The position numbers were made by a program, and so were the translations under genes. A stretch of 63,876 nucleotides of DNA, filler included, from Vezdaea acicularis (Eukaryota), in NCBI GenBank assembly GCA_026025075.1. It is 3 parts of 3 records of this genome, joined end to end, with 100 filler letters (N's around TTAATTAATTAA, not from the genome) between each part and the next. Parts side by side here need not be neighbours in the genome. Positions count along the whole stretch, not along the records: positions 1 to 30,199 come from JAPEUI010000162.1; 2 more parts are not named here. One strand, 5' to 3'. The notes beneath the pieces are model-generated. The model ran no database searches and was not told the DNA's origin. It saw only the letters and a list, made by a program, of their open reading frames with translations. Positions 1 through 11,541 of this stretch are shown here, piece after piece. Every line of letters starts with the position of its first letter. Within the stretch, counting starts at the first letter, position 1.

Positions 1-596
1 ATGTTCTTGAGACTCGCTTGAATTATCTTCCAATGATTTAGTTTGCTTAACATGAAATCACAAGGTCCTATAAATGTCATTGTACCTTGATTGGAGGGTC
101 ACCAAGAGCCAATGATATGTTCATTGTCTCAACTACATCTGGTAAATGGTGGCAAGACATGTCAGAAAAGCGTCAGATGACAGACTACCCAGAAGCCAGG
201 CTGCATCCGGGCAACCATCAAAATGAAAGGTTCTGCCCTGAAATCGACACCACTCAAGATTCCGATGCCCCGTTTTCCTCTATCTCACATGTCCTTTTCT
301 CTTCCTGAAAAGAGACGGATTGTGGATCAGGACCATTGTGCGCTCATATATCGTATAGGATGAGGATGAGGATGCTGCTCAATCAAATCACGTCAATAGC
401 GCTCTAGCAGTCTTGTTTCAATCTGATGCTCTCAAATTGATGAGCTGATGTGGTGGTTTTGTAATAGAAATGCTCAATTTGTTACTTTTCTATTTCAGAG
501 AACCTCCCTTTCCGGTACAATGGATCACTCTTCGGGCAAAAACCCAGAAGTCTTCACAGTCTCAAGACCGACCAGTGATATAAGCTACCGCTCAAC

Positions 597-1847
597 CTAC
601 CACTCCGTCTTAATGCCCTCAAACTCCTTCTTGCTTAGGCCTAAGTCGGCGAAAATCGCCTCCCTCTCATCGCCCTTCAGCGACTCAATCCTAAGCTCAT
701 CCTCCTCTTCCAGCTTCTCCATCTCCTCTAGGGGTGTCTCCTTCCCTTCCTTCTGGTCCTCAGGTTGTACCTGCGTCGCTTTCTCTAGATTAGCTTCGTC
801 GTCATGACTGTGCCCGATCAACAAGAACTGCGCGTTGGCGTATTCGAATATATCGGGTGACTTGGGAGGCATCCAGCGACGGCCGGCAAACGCTTCCATG
901 ATCTCTTTGGAGAATTCTGGAGCTTCGGGGAGATTGGCGTAGGAGGGTCCTTTGTGGGCTGGGTTCTTGAGGCTAATCACGAAGCTATCGCGTGTGCGAA
1001 GGCCGAGGGAGGATTGCACTTCTGAGGGATGGCTAGGGACAGTAAGGATATACGCAAGATGGGTTTCTCGCCCAGTGCTTGTGATGGCGTAGACTCCTTC
1101 CCCAGCAGGGTTTGCGGCCTGGATATGCCTCTGGCCAGCGGTTTGCGTGGAGTAGTCTTCATGTGAAAGAGCGTCTCGTAGATCCGAGACACTGACATTC
1201 GCTTTCTCAACGAATACCCTAGTACATAGTAAGCAAGGTAAGGTGCGAAGTCAAGACCCGGCGATGGCGAGAGAATCGGCGACTCTGCCCAGGTGACTGC
1301 AGTTCACTTACGTGAATCTATCATTGGGGCTGTTTGGTAGCACCTTCTTTGGCAAAGCGATCATACGCACCCGCTGCTGATCCGGAACAGTGCCCTTGGT
1401 GAGCTCCGTCGCCTTGGGTAGAGGTCGAAGCACAATATGGCTCCTTGCAATGTCATTGACACCCTTAGGATCGTCCACGCCTACCCGCGGACGGAAAAAG
1501 AAGTAAATGAGTCCCTTTTCTATGATTGAAGAGGGTACAGCATCAGCTCGTTCTTCAGTCTCTTGCACTGCATTATCACTTGAGGAGGGCTCGGCATTGT
1601 CTTTCGACCTCTGCTCCTCGTTGGACACTTCATCCGGATTCATCTCATCGACTGCCTCTTCGCGGTCCATGTCCACCTGTTTTTGAACTTCGTCTTTAGG
1701 CGGCTCGTTGTTCAATGTCTCATCTAACGTTTTCTGCCCTTTCTCGGGTTCGGTCTTGCGACTCTTAGAGACCCCGCTGGGAGATTCCGCTTTCCGCTTG
1801 CTACCAGTGGCTGTGCCATTGGAGCTTCTAGTTGCCGCGGGCGCCAT
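597..1847 (-). CDS. Conserved fungal hypothetical protein (acidic N-terminus; family often auto-annotated as 'BTB domain transcription factor'), 2 exons
   Basis: ORFs 1308-1847 and 597-1019 join in frame through intron 1219-1311 (GTAAGT..TAG), giving ...DRFT-VFVEKANV...GEGVYAITSTGRETHLAYILTVP...; motif IEKGLIYFFFRPRV. Confidence 0.8.
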
Positions 1848-2747
1848 TATGAGAAGTAGCTGTGGATTAGGATACTATCAATCGCAATGAGAAGAACTAG
1901 GCTATAGGATATATGACCTGGAGCTGGACCTCCAATCGATTAAGGGGTTTGAGATGTTGCCCAATATTTGTTGCAAGCTCTAGTCCAGTGAGCAATGTCG
2001 TATCATCTTTATATACCAATGCAGATCGCTCGTACTAGGGTTGCAATCCCATGTGAGCTGAGAGCTAACACACCGCCGTGACCTCACGCGATCTCCCATG
2101 GTACGTCATCGTGACTCCCGGCACAAATAACGCCGGAAAAGAAGGGAGTTGAAGATCGCATACTTCCCCGGAAGTTGTCATATTGTGAGGACGGCAGGAC
2201 ATTATGACAAGTACTATGGACTAGATAGCTCCACTATGTACGACGAAGGCAAGACAGGATTTCTGTGAGAGTAAAGCTTATTAGCGCTTCTATGAGTTTT
2301 GTCAGACAGCCGCTAGGTGCACTTTCGATCCAAGATGTGAATTCGAGACACTTTTGAAGACTACGGAGAGTATCATAAGCCATCGCAAATTTCAGTCGCT
2401 TCTCCCATCATAGGCGTAGTACGGTATGAAGGGTAGCAAGATGACACTCAAAAGCCCCTCTCGGTTGCAAAACTCCCAAATAATGGTTGAAACAAGTGGA
2501 GGGATCTCCATTAGCTCTATTCGAAGATATCTAAGCAAAATGCCGTAAATAAATGACTATTAATCTAGAATAAAATAGAGCCGCTATGTAGTGATTCTCG
2601 ACGTGCAATAGTTGGGCAGTATTTCGTTGTGGACTTTGATGATCTTGCTCTTAAAGGCTACAAAGCGCGAGTGCAAGGCGCTGTACCTCGGTTGTAAAAC
2701 ACCGGTTTTACGCGTCCACACTCCACACGCCTTATCCTACAGCGAAG

Positions 2748-3665
2748 ATGGTGTTCCTTGCTATGACTCCTGCTCTCGTAGCAGCTGTCAAGGAATACAA
2801 AGCTCTTAGAATGATACCAGAGTCTACTAGATCGGCTTTTAAACGTGATTTAATGGAATCCGATCCAAGTTTGGGGACTCCCATAGTAGGAGACCCAATA
2901 TCACACGGACAAGTACTGGAGATCTCATGTTTTCTTCTTAAATGCAGCAAACTACACAAGGGTCGCGATCGAAAAGAAGATGAGCGCAAGATGTCGTCTT
3001 CGTACCATCTAGACGAATTGTTGAGGGGATCACAAGTTTATATCCATCCCCCAAAACCAAAAGCCGAAACTGTAAGTCTCATCATCGGCCCTCCATATAC
3101 CACTTCAGCTAAACTTGCTCTAAAGACTTCGGAGTACAGAGAGTTGATGACCCGACTCCGCCAAGAAGAGGAACAGAGGGCGTATGAACGAATGCTGGAT
3201 CCCCATCAGGTCTCAGCTACATCTCAACGGCGCTTCGCTACGTCTCCACATGCTCATATTGATAGCGCTGTCCGACAAAATCCCATTGAGGAAGATGAAA
3301 TCACATATGCCGATATAAACAGACAGGTGGCCCTCATCATTAACGTGCTCGTCTCAATCATAGCTTGTAGTGTGGCCATTTGGATAGCAGCGAGACACTG
3401 GAGCACACCCTCACGTCTTGCGTTTAGTATGTCTGGAAGTATCTTGGTCGCAGTCGCCGAGGTCTCTGTATATGCTGGCTATTTGGGCCGTTTGCAGGAT
3501 GCTCGGCAGAAGGCGAGAAAACAGATTGAAATCAAGGAGATTGTCAGAACCTGGGTAATAGGCGGTAATGAGGAATCGGCTGAGCTTACGCAGACGTCGT
3601 CACCTGCCGGGAAAGCTGGAAAAGACAAAAAACCACGTCAGCGGAAGGGGTTCACAAGAAGATGA
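2748..3665 (+). CDS. VMA12: V-ATPase assembly factor Vma12/Vph2 (TMEM199 family)
   Basis: LLRGSQVYIHPPKPK..SEYRELMTRLRQEEEQRAYERM followed by two TM helices (VALIINVLVSIIACSVAIW; LAFSMSGSILVAVAEVSVY); probable 54-nt intron 3072-3125. Confidence 0.85.
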   Translation: MVFLAMTPALVAAVKEYKALRMIPESTRSAFKRDLMESDPSLGTPIVGDPISHGQVLEISCFLLKCSKLHKGRDRKEDERKMSSSYHLDELLRGSQVYIHPPKPKAETVSLIIGPPYTTSAKLALKTSEYRELMTRLRQEEEQRAYERMLDPHQVSATSQRRFATSPHAHIDSAVRQNPIEEDEITYADINRQVALIINVLVSIIACSVAIWIAARHWSTPSRLAFSMSGSILVAVAEVSVYAGYLGRLQDARQKARKQIEIKEIVRTWVIGGNEESAELTQTSSPAGKAGKDKKPRQRKGFTRR

Positions 3666-4690
3666 AAGGTCTCCAAGAAGAAACACGAGGACAACGATGA
3701 TTTTGCTCGGAAATGGCTCAACAATCAGGATACCGGTCCGCCAGCTGTCTCTCCCGATCAAGAGACCTTCCCCCCTTAGGAGGAGACGCACTCAAGACAC
3801 TCCAGTCTCTGCTCTGAGTGGGTCAGTGAGCGAACACGTCTCGGCTGGCATGCCTGAATGTAAGAAGAAGCAGAACATGGGCTTTTCGTGGAGAAATGCA
3901 CAGAACCGCATAGAGCCGGCAGTGTAGGCCATCAAAAGCCCAGAGGCTGGGATGATGATGCCGTCACAGACAGAGCAACCTCCAACCAGGAGGTCCAACT
4001 AGTGCCCGTTCAGCTATGATTTGAGGATGGCGATCCCACCAAAAGTGGCTATCGAGTAACAGAATCGAATAAGCAGTTCACTAGGAAGCGACTCCCCAAA
4101 ACTTTTCTTGCCCTGATGACTCTCTCCGTCGGTGCGAAATTCCATACAGACTGAAGATGTGGCAGTAGCACGTAACTTTCTACAGGACGTCTTGATATTG
4201 CTAGTAAGCAACACGAGATGCCCTATTTTTTGCTTTGTGTCTCGATTTCCTTTGTCTGTACCTCCTCCTGGTTGGGCTACAAGCCATCCCACGTTTCTTC
4301 GCGAAAGACGAACTTCGGTTGAGGGTTCGGATCCCTGCCGCGAGGCGTGCAGGGGTCCTGCGGCTAAGCGAGATCCCATCCTTAACTTAGCCTTATCTCT
4401 CTCCGGCCGTCGCCGCAAACGTCAGCCCATCAACTCCTTCGGACGCTGAGGCAGCTAGAGGACAAAGCGTCGGATAACCCACGCAGACCGCCGACGCCGG
4501 TGATAGCCCGAGCCCTAATCAATTGCGATCGAGTAATAAGGTCGCCGTCCCCACCAGGTCAGAGCTTCATCCATCATAATGAAGCTCCGAGTGGCCGAGG
4601 ATGTAAGAGGGAGCGTCTGTCCCTGGCGCTATCCCACGGACCTTCCAGACGTGGTCGGAAGCTCCCTTGTGGGGCCTTGAACACGCTGTC

Positions 4691-4873
4691 GATAAGATGG
4701 CCCTGCGCTCCGCGTTTTTGATTTTGGACCCTGATGCCATTCCTTTGACAGTCGGACTTTCTGTGTTGCACAAGAAAGCTTTAATCTTGCCCTTTGGAGA
4801 ATCTAATACCACTACCATCCACTGGTAGAGACAGCCCTTATCTCTCTCACCAGCTTATCTCAGCAGCGATAAG
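4691..4873. promoter_or_regulatory. GATAAG cluster upstream of allantoinase (candidate AreA/NIT2 sites)
   Basis: GATAAG 4691-4696, CTTATC 4837-4842, CTTATC 4854-4859, GATAAG 4868-4873, about 100-290 bp upstream of the ATG. Confidence 0.6.
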
Positions 4874-4978
4874 ATCTTGGCCCTCACACCCTTTGTTTCT
4901 GCTGGCCTGCCTAAAAATCCCGGCTCGTACTGCAACAAACCTTAGGAACCACGTACGACAAAGGAAAGAATCGCTATT

Positions 4979-6632
4979 ATGACAAACACCAACTTTCACC
5001 GCGGCAACGGGTATCCAACCCCTACGCCTTCTCCACCTGAGCACGCCAACTCGCATCTTGAGGACGACTCTTCGGTCACAGTTATAGCATCTTCTAGAGC
5101 TGTCGTTGGTGGGCGCCTCACCGAAGCAACCATCGTTGTCTCGCGCGTGACTGGCAAGATCACTGCAATATACGACTCCATAATACCGCCCTACGAGTTT
5201 GCTTATGGAACTCACTATGTCGACTACAGCCCTCATATTCTCATGCCCGGCCTGGTCGATGCCCACGTCCATCTCAATGAACCAGGCAGGACGGAGTGGG
5301 AAGGCTTTTGGACTGGCACTCGAGCTGCTGCATTTGGAGGTGTCACGACTGTTATCGACATGCCTTTAAATGCAATACCACCCACGACGACCGTGGAGAA
5401 TCTTCAGATAAAAATCAAGGCGGCTCAAGGTCAATGCTGGGTTGATGTCGGCTTCTATGGCGGTATTGTGCCAGGGAACGCGTCTGAGCTGAAGGGCTTA
5501 GTCAAGGAAGGTGTCAGGGGGTTCAAGGGGTTTTTAATTGACAGTGGGGTCAGTATTGCCTCGATGAAACTTCCAATATTATTTGGTCTAACGGTATATC
5601 TAGGTTGACGAATTTCCTGCTGTAAGCTCTGGCGATATTGCCAAAGTCATGGCTGAGCTTAAAGACGAGAAGACGGTTCTGATGTTCCATGCTGAGATGA
5701 TCCCACCAATCTCTGATTCGGTTGGCGACTCAGTTCAAATGTCCGACCCACCACTAGCTCCTGCTGGCCCGCTCTATGAGTATGCGACATTTCTCTCCTC
5801 GAGACCGTCGTCATTTGAGACCTACGCCATAGGCGAGATTATATCCCTCGCCCACCTTGCGCCTCAACTGCCACTACATATCGTCCACCTTAGCGCAATT
5901 GAAGCTATTCCTATGCTCCGCGAGGCTCGCGCTCAGGGCGTCAATATCACTGCCGAAACATGCTTCCACTATCTTGCACTTGCAGCCGAGAGGGTTCAAC
6001 ATGGCGATACAAGGCACAAGTGCTGCCCTCCAATCAGGACCCAGAAAAACCAAGATGGTCTGTGGGATGAGATACTCCGTACGGGGAACGACAGTGTTAT
6101 TCAGACGGTAGTTTCAGACCACTCGCCTTGCACACCAAATTTGAAGCTCCTACCCGCATCCCTCGAGCGCGTCGGCGTCGCAAAAACAACCCCCGCAAGC
6201 GTATTAGAGACGAGCACAGATTCCAAAGGCAATTTCTTTGCCGCCTGGGGTGGCATATCGAGTGTTGGCCTCGGTTTACCTATTCTGTGGACCGCCGGTC
6301 GTCGGCATAACATCAGCATTGAAGATGTTGTGCGCTGGTGTTGCATCAATACAGCCGCGCAAGTTGGGCTTTCGCACCAGAAAGGCGACCTGAAAGTAGG
6401 ATTGGATGCAGATTTCTGTGTGTTCGATGACACTAGAGAATGGATGCTTGGTAGGGAGAGCATGCTTTTTAGGAATAAGGTTAGCCCGTACGAGGGGAAG
6501 GTTATGAGGGGCATGGTTAAGGAGACGTGGGTCAGAGGCGTGAGGATTTTTGCTAGGGAAGAACGTGGTGTTGCGGGTTTTGTTAATGGGAAGGCCACGG
6601 GTAAATTGCTCTTGGAGCCGAGAACGACATAG
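4979..6632 (+). CDS. DAL1: Allantoinase (amidohydrolase superfamily), 2 exons
   Basis: [54 protein letters not shown] (intron 5549-5603), [27 protein letters not shown]. Confidence 0.95.
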
Positions 6633-7203
6633 ATTGCATGAAGTGATGTGAGGCGGAGTTCTATGGGAGGGCTCGGGATATCTAACTGGCGTTAGATACA
6701 GATATGAAGGCGCGCTGGCATAGTGGCATGATTATTTTGGCCACCAAGGTGGGAGAATGGTTAATATAGGAGCTGGGATGGACCAGCCGGGCGCAAACAA
6801 TACGAATGAGAATGTCTAGCTCGAAATTATTATACAGTGATCCTGGGACTTCTCGATCATATCGTACCTCATATGACTTCGGCGTCCTGAGCCGCTCCCC
6901 TATTCCAACTAGATAGACAAGCTGCGAGTGGCCCATCGTTTTTCAGTGGGTAAAAATCCAAAGGGTGAAGGGTTGGAGCGTGGGAGCTGGGAGCAGCGAA
7001 GCAGTATGCGTGCTTTTCGTGGGCTAATGAGCCGGATGAGAACCCGTGTTTCTCTCACTACCAGCTTGTTTTGGGGGACGCTTGGGCCGTAGGTCACGTA
7101 GATGCCCATGTGCAGAACTACATTAGACGAACAATAGCGTCATGCTTGAAGATTTGTTGCTCGAATGGAGGCCGAGGCGTTTCGATCATGGCCTATACCG
7201 ACA

Positions 7204-9374
7204 TCAAGTCTCGGCCAAAAATCCGCCAGCTTGCGCAAAGCGGGTCTGGTGCTCCCGTAGATCAGCCCAGTGACTAAGCGCCACTTCTTCATCTCCTTCC
7301 AAGTCCCTACCTTCCGCATTTGGTGGGGGTGAGACCTTTTCGAGCTTCATGAGGATTTCGAGGAACTGGTGCAGATAATTCTCTGCACGCAATGCGATGG
7401 AACCTTTGCGCGTGCGCGGGACGTCGATGAGTGTACTTGCTATTTGTCGGATTTTATTGATGAAGCTACCACCGTTTGGTTCCATGTTGACTTGATTGAT
7501 ACTCGAGAGCACTCTAAGCAAATCAAGAACAATATTTTCGCGTTCTGTAGCCATCTCTCTTTCAAGCATGTCCCTTTGCGCCGGAGAAGCGTGCCCTGCT
7601 CTGAAGCTCTCTGTTGATGGCGATAGCAGTCTCTGTGGCGACCTCTCGATAGATTCAATCCTTCTCTGGTACGCGTCAAACAAATTCCAGTACTTCTCGA
7701 CAAGATAACTCCTGGTTCCTAGCTGGCTAGCATTGATATTTGCCTTCTGTATTTCGTATTGAATATATCTTTTCTCAATCTCCTCTATCGCGTAGCCTTT
7801 CTCCGGTACCGTCATTGGTGGATGAAAATTTGCAACAGCGGCAGCGGCACTTTGATAGCTCAAATCGCTAGACGCAAACTCTCCCGGCCCGTTACCAGGC
7901 CTTAGCTGCAGCTCTGGCGGCACAGTAGCGAGCACATTCCGAACTGTGTGAAGGCATTCCTCTAGTACTCGTCTTTGTCGTTCCCAGTCAAATACCTCAT
8001 CAACGCCATATGCAAGCTCCATCTTGATGAGAGTTGTGTAGGAAGAATACACCTTAACGTTATAGTTGAAGCCCGCAAGCCGAGAAATGATTCCTGAGGG
8101 CTGATGGGAGATATGGGTAGGGTGAATGTAGATATCATCCACTTCAAGGGGGAGTGGAGGATAAGGGTCTGCTGAAGGGTAAGGAACTATTATCATGTTG
8201 AGTTCAGTGTAGGGGGCGCCAAGCTGCTCTAATGTTCTAAATTGGAAGGATTAGATCTTCAATCAAAAGAGAGGGAGGTACGTATCTCCACTCACCTTAC
8301 GCCAACAAACATTACCCAGAAGAGCCGTCTTCCTAGCTCACGGGTAATGAAATTTATCTCTGGCTTGGTCCCTATGTTAGGGGATCCTTCGACCGTCATA
8401 CGAGCATCAAAATCGAATCTTCCATCCCTTCTCACTTTGTGTAGTCCTAAACATCTAATGATGTTCAGGCACTCTCCAAAATAAAGCCGACATTGCCGCA
8501 TGTTGAACGTATACGCAGAGCTTAGCCCTAAAAAGTAGCTAATTGCCGCGTCAAGCACATTCAGCTCCTGATCCAAGTATCCTGGCCCCCTTGCCTCAAC
8601 TGCTACACGATGGCATCTTTCCACCAGACTTATAGAGCTTGGAAATAGACTTTCTTTCCCTTGGGCTTTGAGATGTAGACGCGGCTTCCGTGGAAAGCTT
8701 GAGACCAGCGCTGAAATCATAGCTGCCAAAAGCGCCAAAAATCTTGGATTTCTGATATCTTCTCGTTGAGCAAACGACTTTCTGAATGAAGGCTCGTGAG
8801 GAATGGGTACTAGAGGGTGGATGTAAATGAAAAAGTCGTCGATGAGAAGGGAGAGAACGGCAAGTGGACATATTGATTCCGCGGAGAGCTTCGGGCGATA
8901 TGACGATAGGGAGGCAAGAGTTTGAGCGACTTCTGTTGGCGAAGATTGCTCAGATATATAAGGTCCCGTCCCAGGGGAGCCAAGGCGTCGCTTTTTGATA
9001 GCTTCAGCATGACGATTCGGTGGGCCTCGTCTGCGACTTGGGCGGTCGAATGTGCACGGGATTTCAAGAGCGACACAGGCGCGGCATGGTGGCCCAGACT
9101 CGTCACACTATATATTGGAGCTTCATGAGCATTGCGCAGTTGGATGTCGAGTTCGACGAGCTTTTACCTTCACCTTGCGAATGCTACATGAATCGCATGC
9201 CTTCCGTAGTCGGTTGGCCTTGTTATGGTCATCGTGACCGTCATGGCTAGAAGAATGAGATCCATCTTGGGGACGGTTGACATTTGAAAGATTTGAATTG
9301 ACCAGCTGTGAATCACCCTCAATTGAGGAGCGCAATTCCGGATTTGTGTCCTCTAGGCCTCGAAAGACCGACAT
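7204..9374 (-). CDS. Zn(II)2Cys6 fungal transcription factor with middle-homology region
   Basis: KACDSCSIRKVK|CDESGPPCRACVALEIPC across intron 9108-9167; frame continues through DDFFIYIHPLVPIPHEPSF and RRLFWVMFVG; second intron near 8240-8294; start codon uncertain. Confidence 0.9.
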
Positions 9375-10227
9375 GAAGGCGCAAGATGTGATTGAGGGGA
9401 GGGTCAGCAGAGATTGGCGTATGGGCGCACCTTGATGTTGTCTCCCTCATAGCTCTGCTTCCATCTGACATCGGCCAAATTGATATTATACGCACTCTAG
9501 GTGAGGTGAGCTGGGCTTTATGGTCCCCCGCTTGTACTGGATTGCTCCTCTGGGTTTAGTGCCCTGCTAATCCTGGGGAAGCTCGCGCCGCCTTGTGACT
9601 TCTTAAAATTCGGCGCCGCGATAAGTGAGCAGCTGGATGGTGCATAAAAGCGGCAAGCTAACTAACCGCCCCATCTTTGACAGGTATATCGCTTTAAACG
9701 CGACAGTATTCTCAGCATTAGAATTTCGAGCCTCGGATACCAATTGAATTGGTTGGACTTGATTGCGCATGGACACTGCTCTATAGTGATGAAAGACCCT
9801 CAGGATGCAAAACGAGTGGTGGGTTGGGGAGGACCATGCAGAGCTTTGTGTCCACGATGCCGCAGACAGCTCGAGGTAATCCTTGGCATAGCTTCTCATC
9901 AAGGAAACCTTATGGCCATTGCTCTCATACACGACAGCCAAATGTCCTCGGCCGCCACACAGCATCGTTATCGCTGAAATTCTTGATAAACAGCACGATC
10001 GGCAAGGATTAAAATATAGATGGTTATGGGCATTCGGCAAGGCGTTTACGGCTCAAGGCCAGAAGGCTGAGCGGCTTGGAACAGCTGTCGCTGTACGTGC
10101 CGCAATGCTGCATACCAGTGATAGCCTTCAGTCTGAAGACGGCCTGTATTTGTTATCGCCGTGAAAGCTCCTCTTCCTTCAGAGGGGGCTTTAATAAACC
10201 TAGCTCTCAAGTCAACCGGTCACAATC

Positions 10228-10999
10228 ATGGATTCCTCTCACGGTCGATTTTCGGATGCTCCTGAGGTACACAATATCGAAGCTCTCGAGCGTGTTCCTA
10301 CCGGTCCACCCCCATCGAAATGGCCGATTTACGGAGAGCCGATACCAACAAAGCAGGATAGGAGGATATGCGGATTACGACCGGCAACCTTCTGGCTCAG
10401 TCTCGCTCTCGCAGCGGTTATAATTATAGCGGCAGCCGTCGGCGGAGGAGTAGGTGGTACACGGCATACTAGCCAGAGCTCGAGGTACATCTGACCACTC
10501 CACTTGGGTGACACGCATCAAACATTACTGACCCCTTACCTCTAGCCTTCCCTCTCCACTTACCTCTAGCCTTCCTTCTCCGGGGGCATCCACTACCAGT
10601 GCGCCAGTGCCCTCTTCCACAGCTACAACCAATCTCACTGCACCTACTCAAGGCCTGGCCGCCCTTGACTGTCCTAACATAAATGGACGGACTTATACGA
10701 AAGTAGCGGGCGGCAACGAATACTCCTTCCAGATCTCTTGTGGCGTCGACTATCCAGGCCGTGGTAGTTGGGTGGACATAATCCCGATTGCTGCATATAG
10801 TGTATATAGCTGCATGGATGCGTGCGCTGGATATAATACTTACTATGGCTCACGAAATTGCATCGGCATCGAGTTTAACGCAAATTTGGCCTCCATATCC
10901 GGCCCAAACCTGGGAAATTGCTGGCTGAAAAATAATACTAACTACGCAGTGGCTGGTGGTAATACGATTGCTGGTGCGAAGTTACTAAGCACGCCCTGA
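10228..10999 (+). CDS. Single-pass membrane protein with Ser/Thr linker and Cys-rich PAN/apple-like domain
   Basis: RRICGLRPATFWLSLALAAVIIIAAAVGGGVGG TM segment; intron 10485-10545 joins it in frame to ORF 10607-10999 (CGVDY..CMDAC..C..CWLK). Confidence 0.75.
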
Positions 11000-11541
11000 G
11001 ATTACTATATGCACCATACTGGGAGTGATCGTGGAATTTATCTAACTGTAAATATGAGCCGACACGTTTGTTGAAATGTGCAACAATCCGAGGAACTACC
11101 GGCGTAGTCTTCTCAGGGCTTGTCGGGACATGCTTTGAAGACTCGTAGAATGTGTGGTGCTCATCTGGGAGCAAGGAGATTGGAAACCGGGAGCTAGTCA
11201 TCTCAACATTTTGTGACCTTGCATGGTCTATAAGGAGACCATACAATATATCCCTACACTCGATTGCTTTATCGTGTACTTTGGATGGGCCTCACATCTA
11301 ACCTTGGCAAAACTTGTGTTGATAGTTCTATAATTCATTGGACACATCAATTGATGAGAAACAAATCAGGTGAACTCTACTAACTTATGCATTTTTGTCT
11401 ATTAAGATGATATCTAGTGTCAAGAAACAAAATCGCCATAAATACAAGGACTCATTATCCTATCTCTCATGCGCCACTCTAATGCTTATATAAAAAGAGA
11501 TATGAGAAGACACGACGTGAACTCTCGAGTCCAGATCCCGC

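Noticed and set aside
7204..9374. Zn2Cys6 factor as the dedicated allantoinase regulator
   Set aside because: Adjacency only. The zinc cluster does not resemble UaY/Ppr1 as I recall it, and no other purine-catabolic genes are present.
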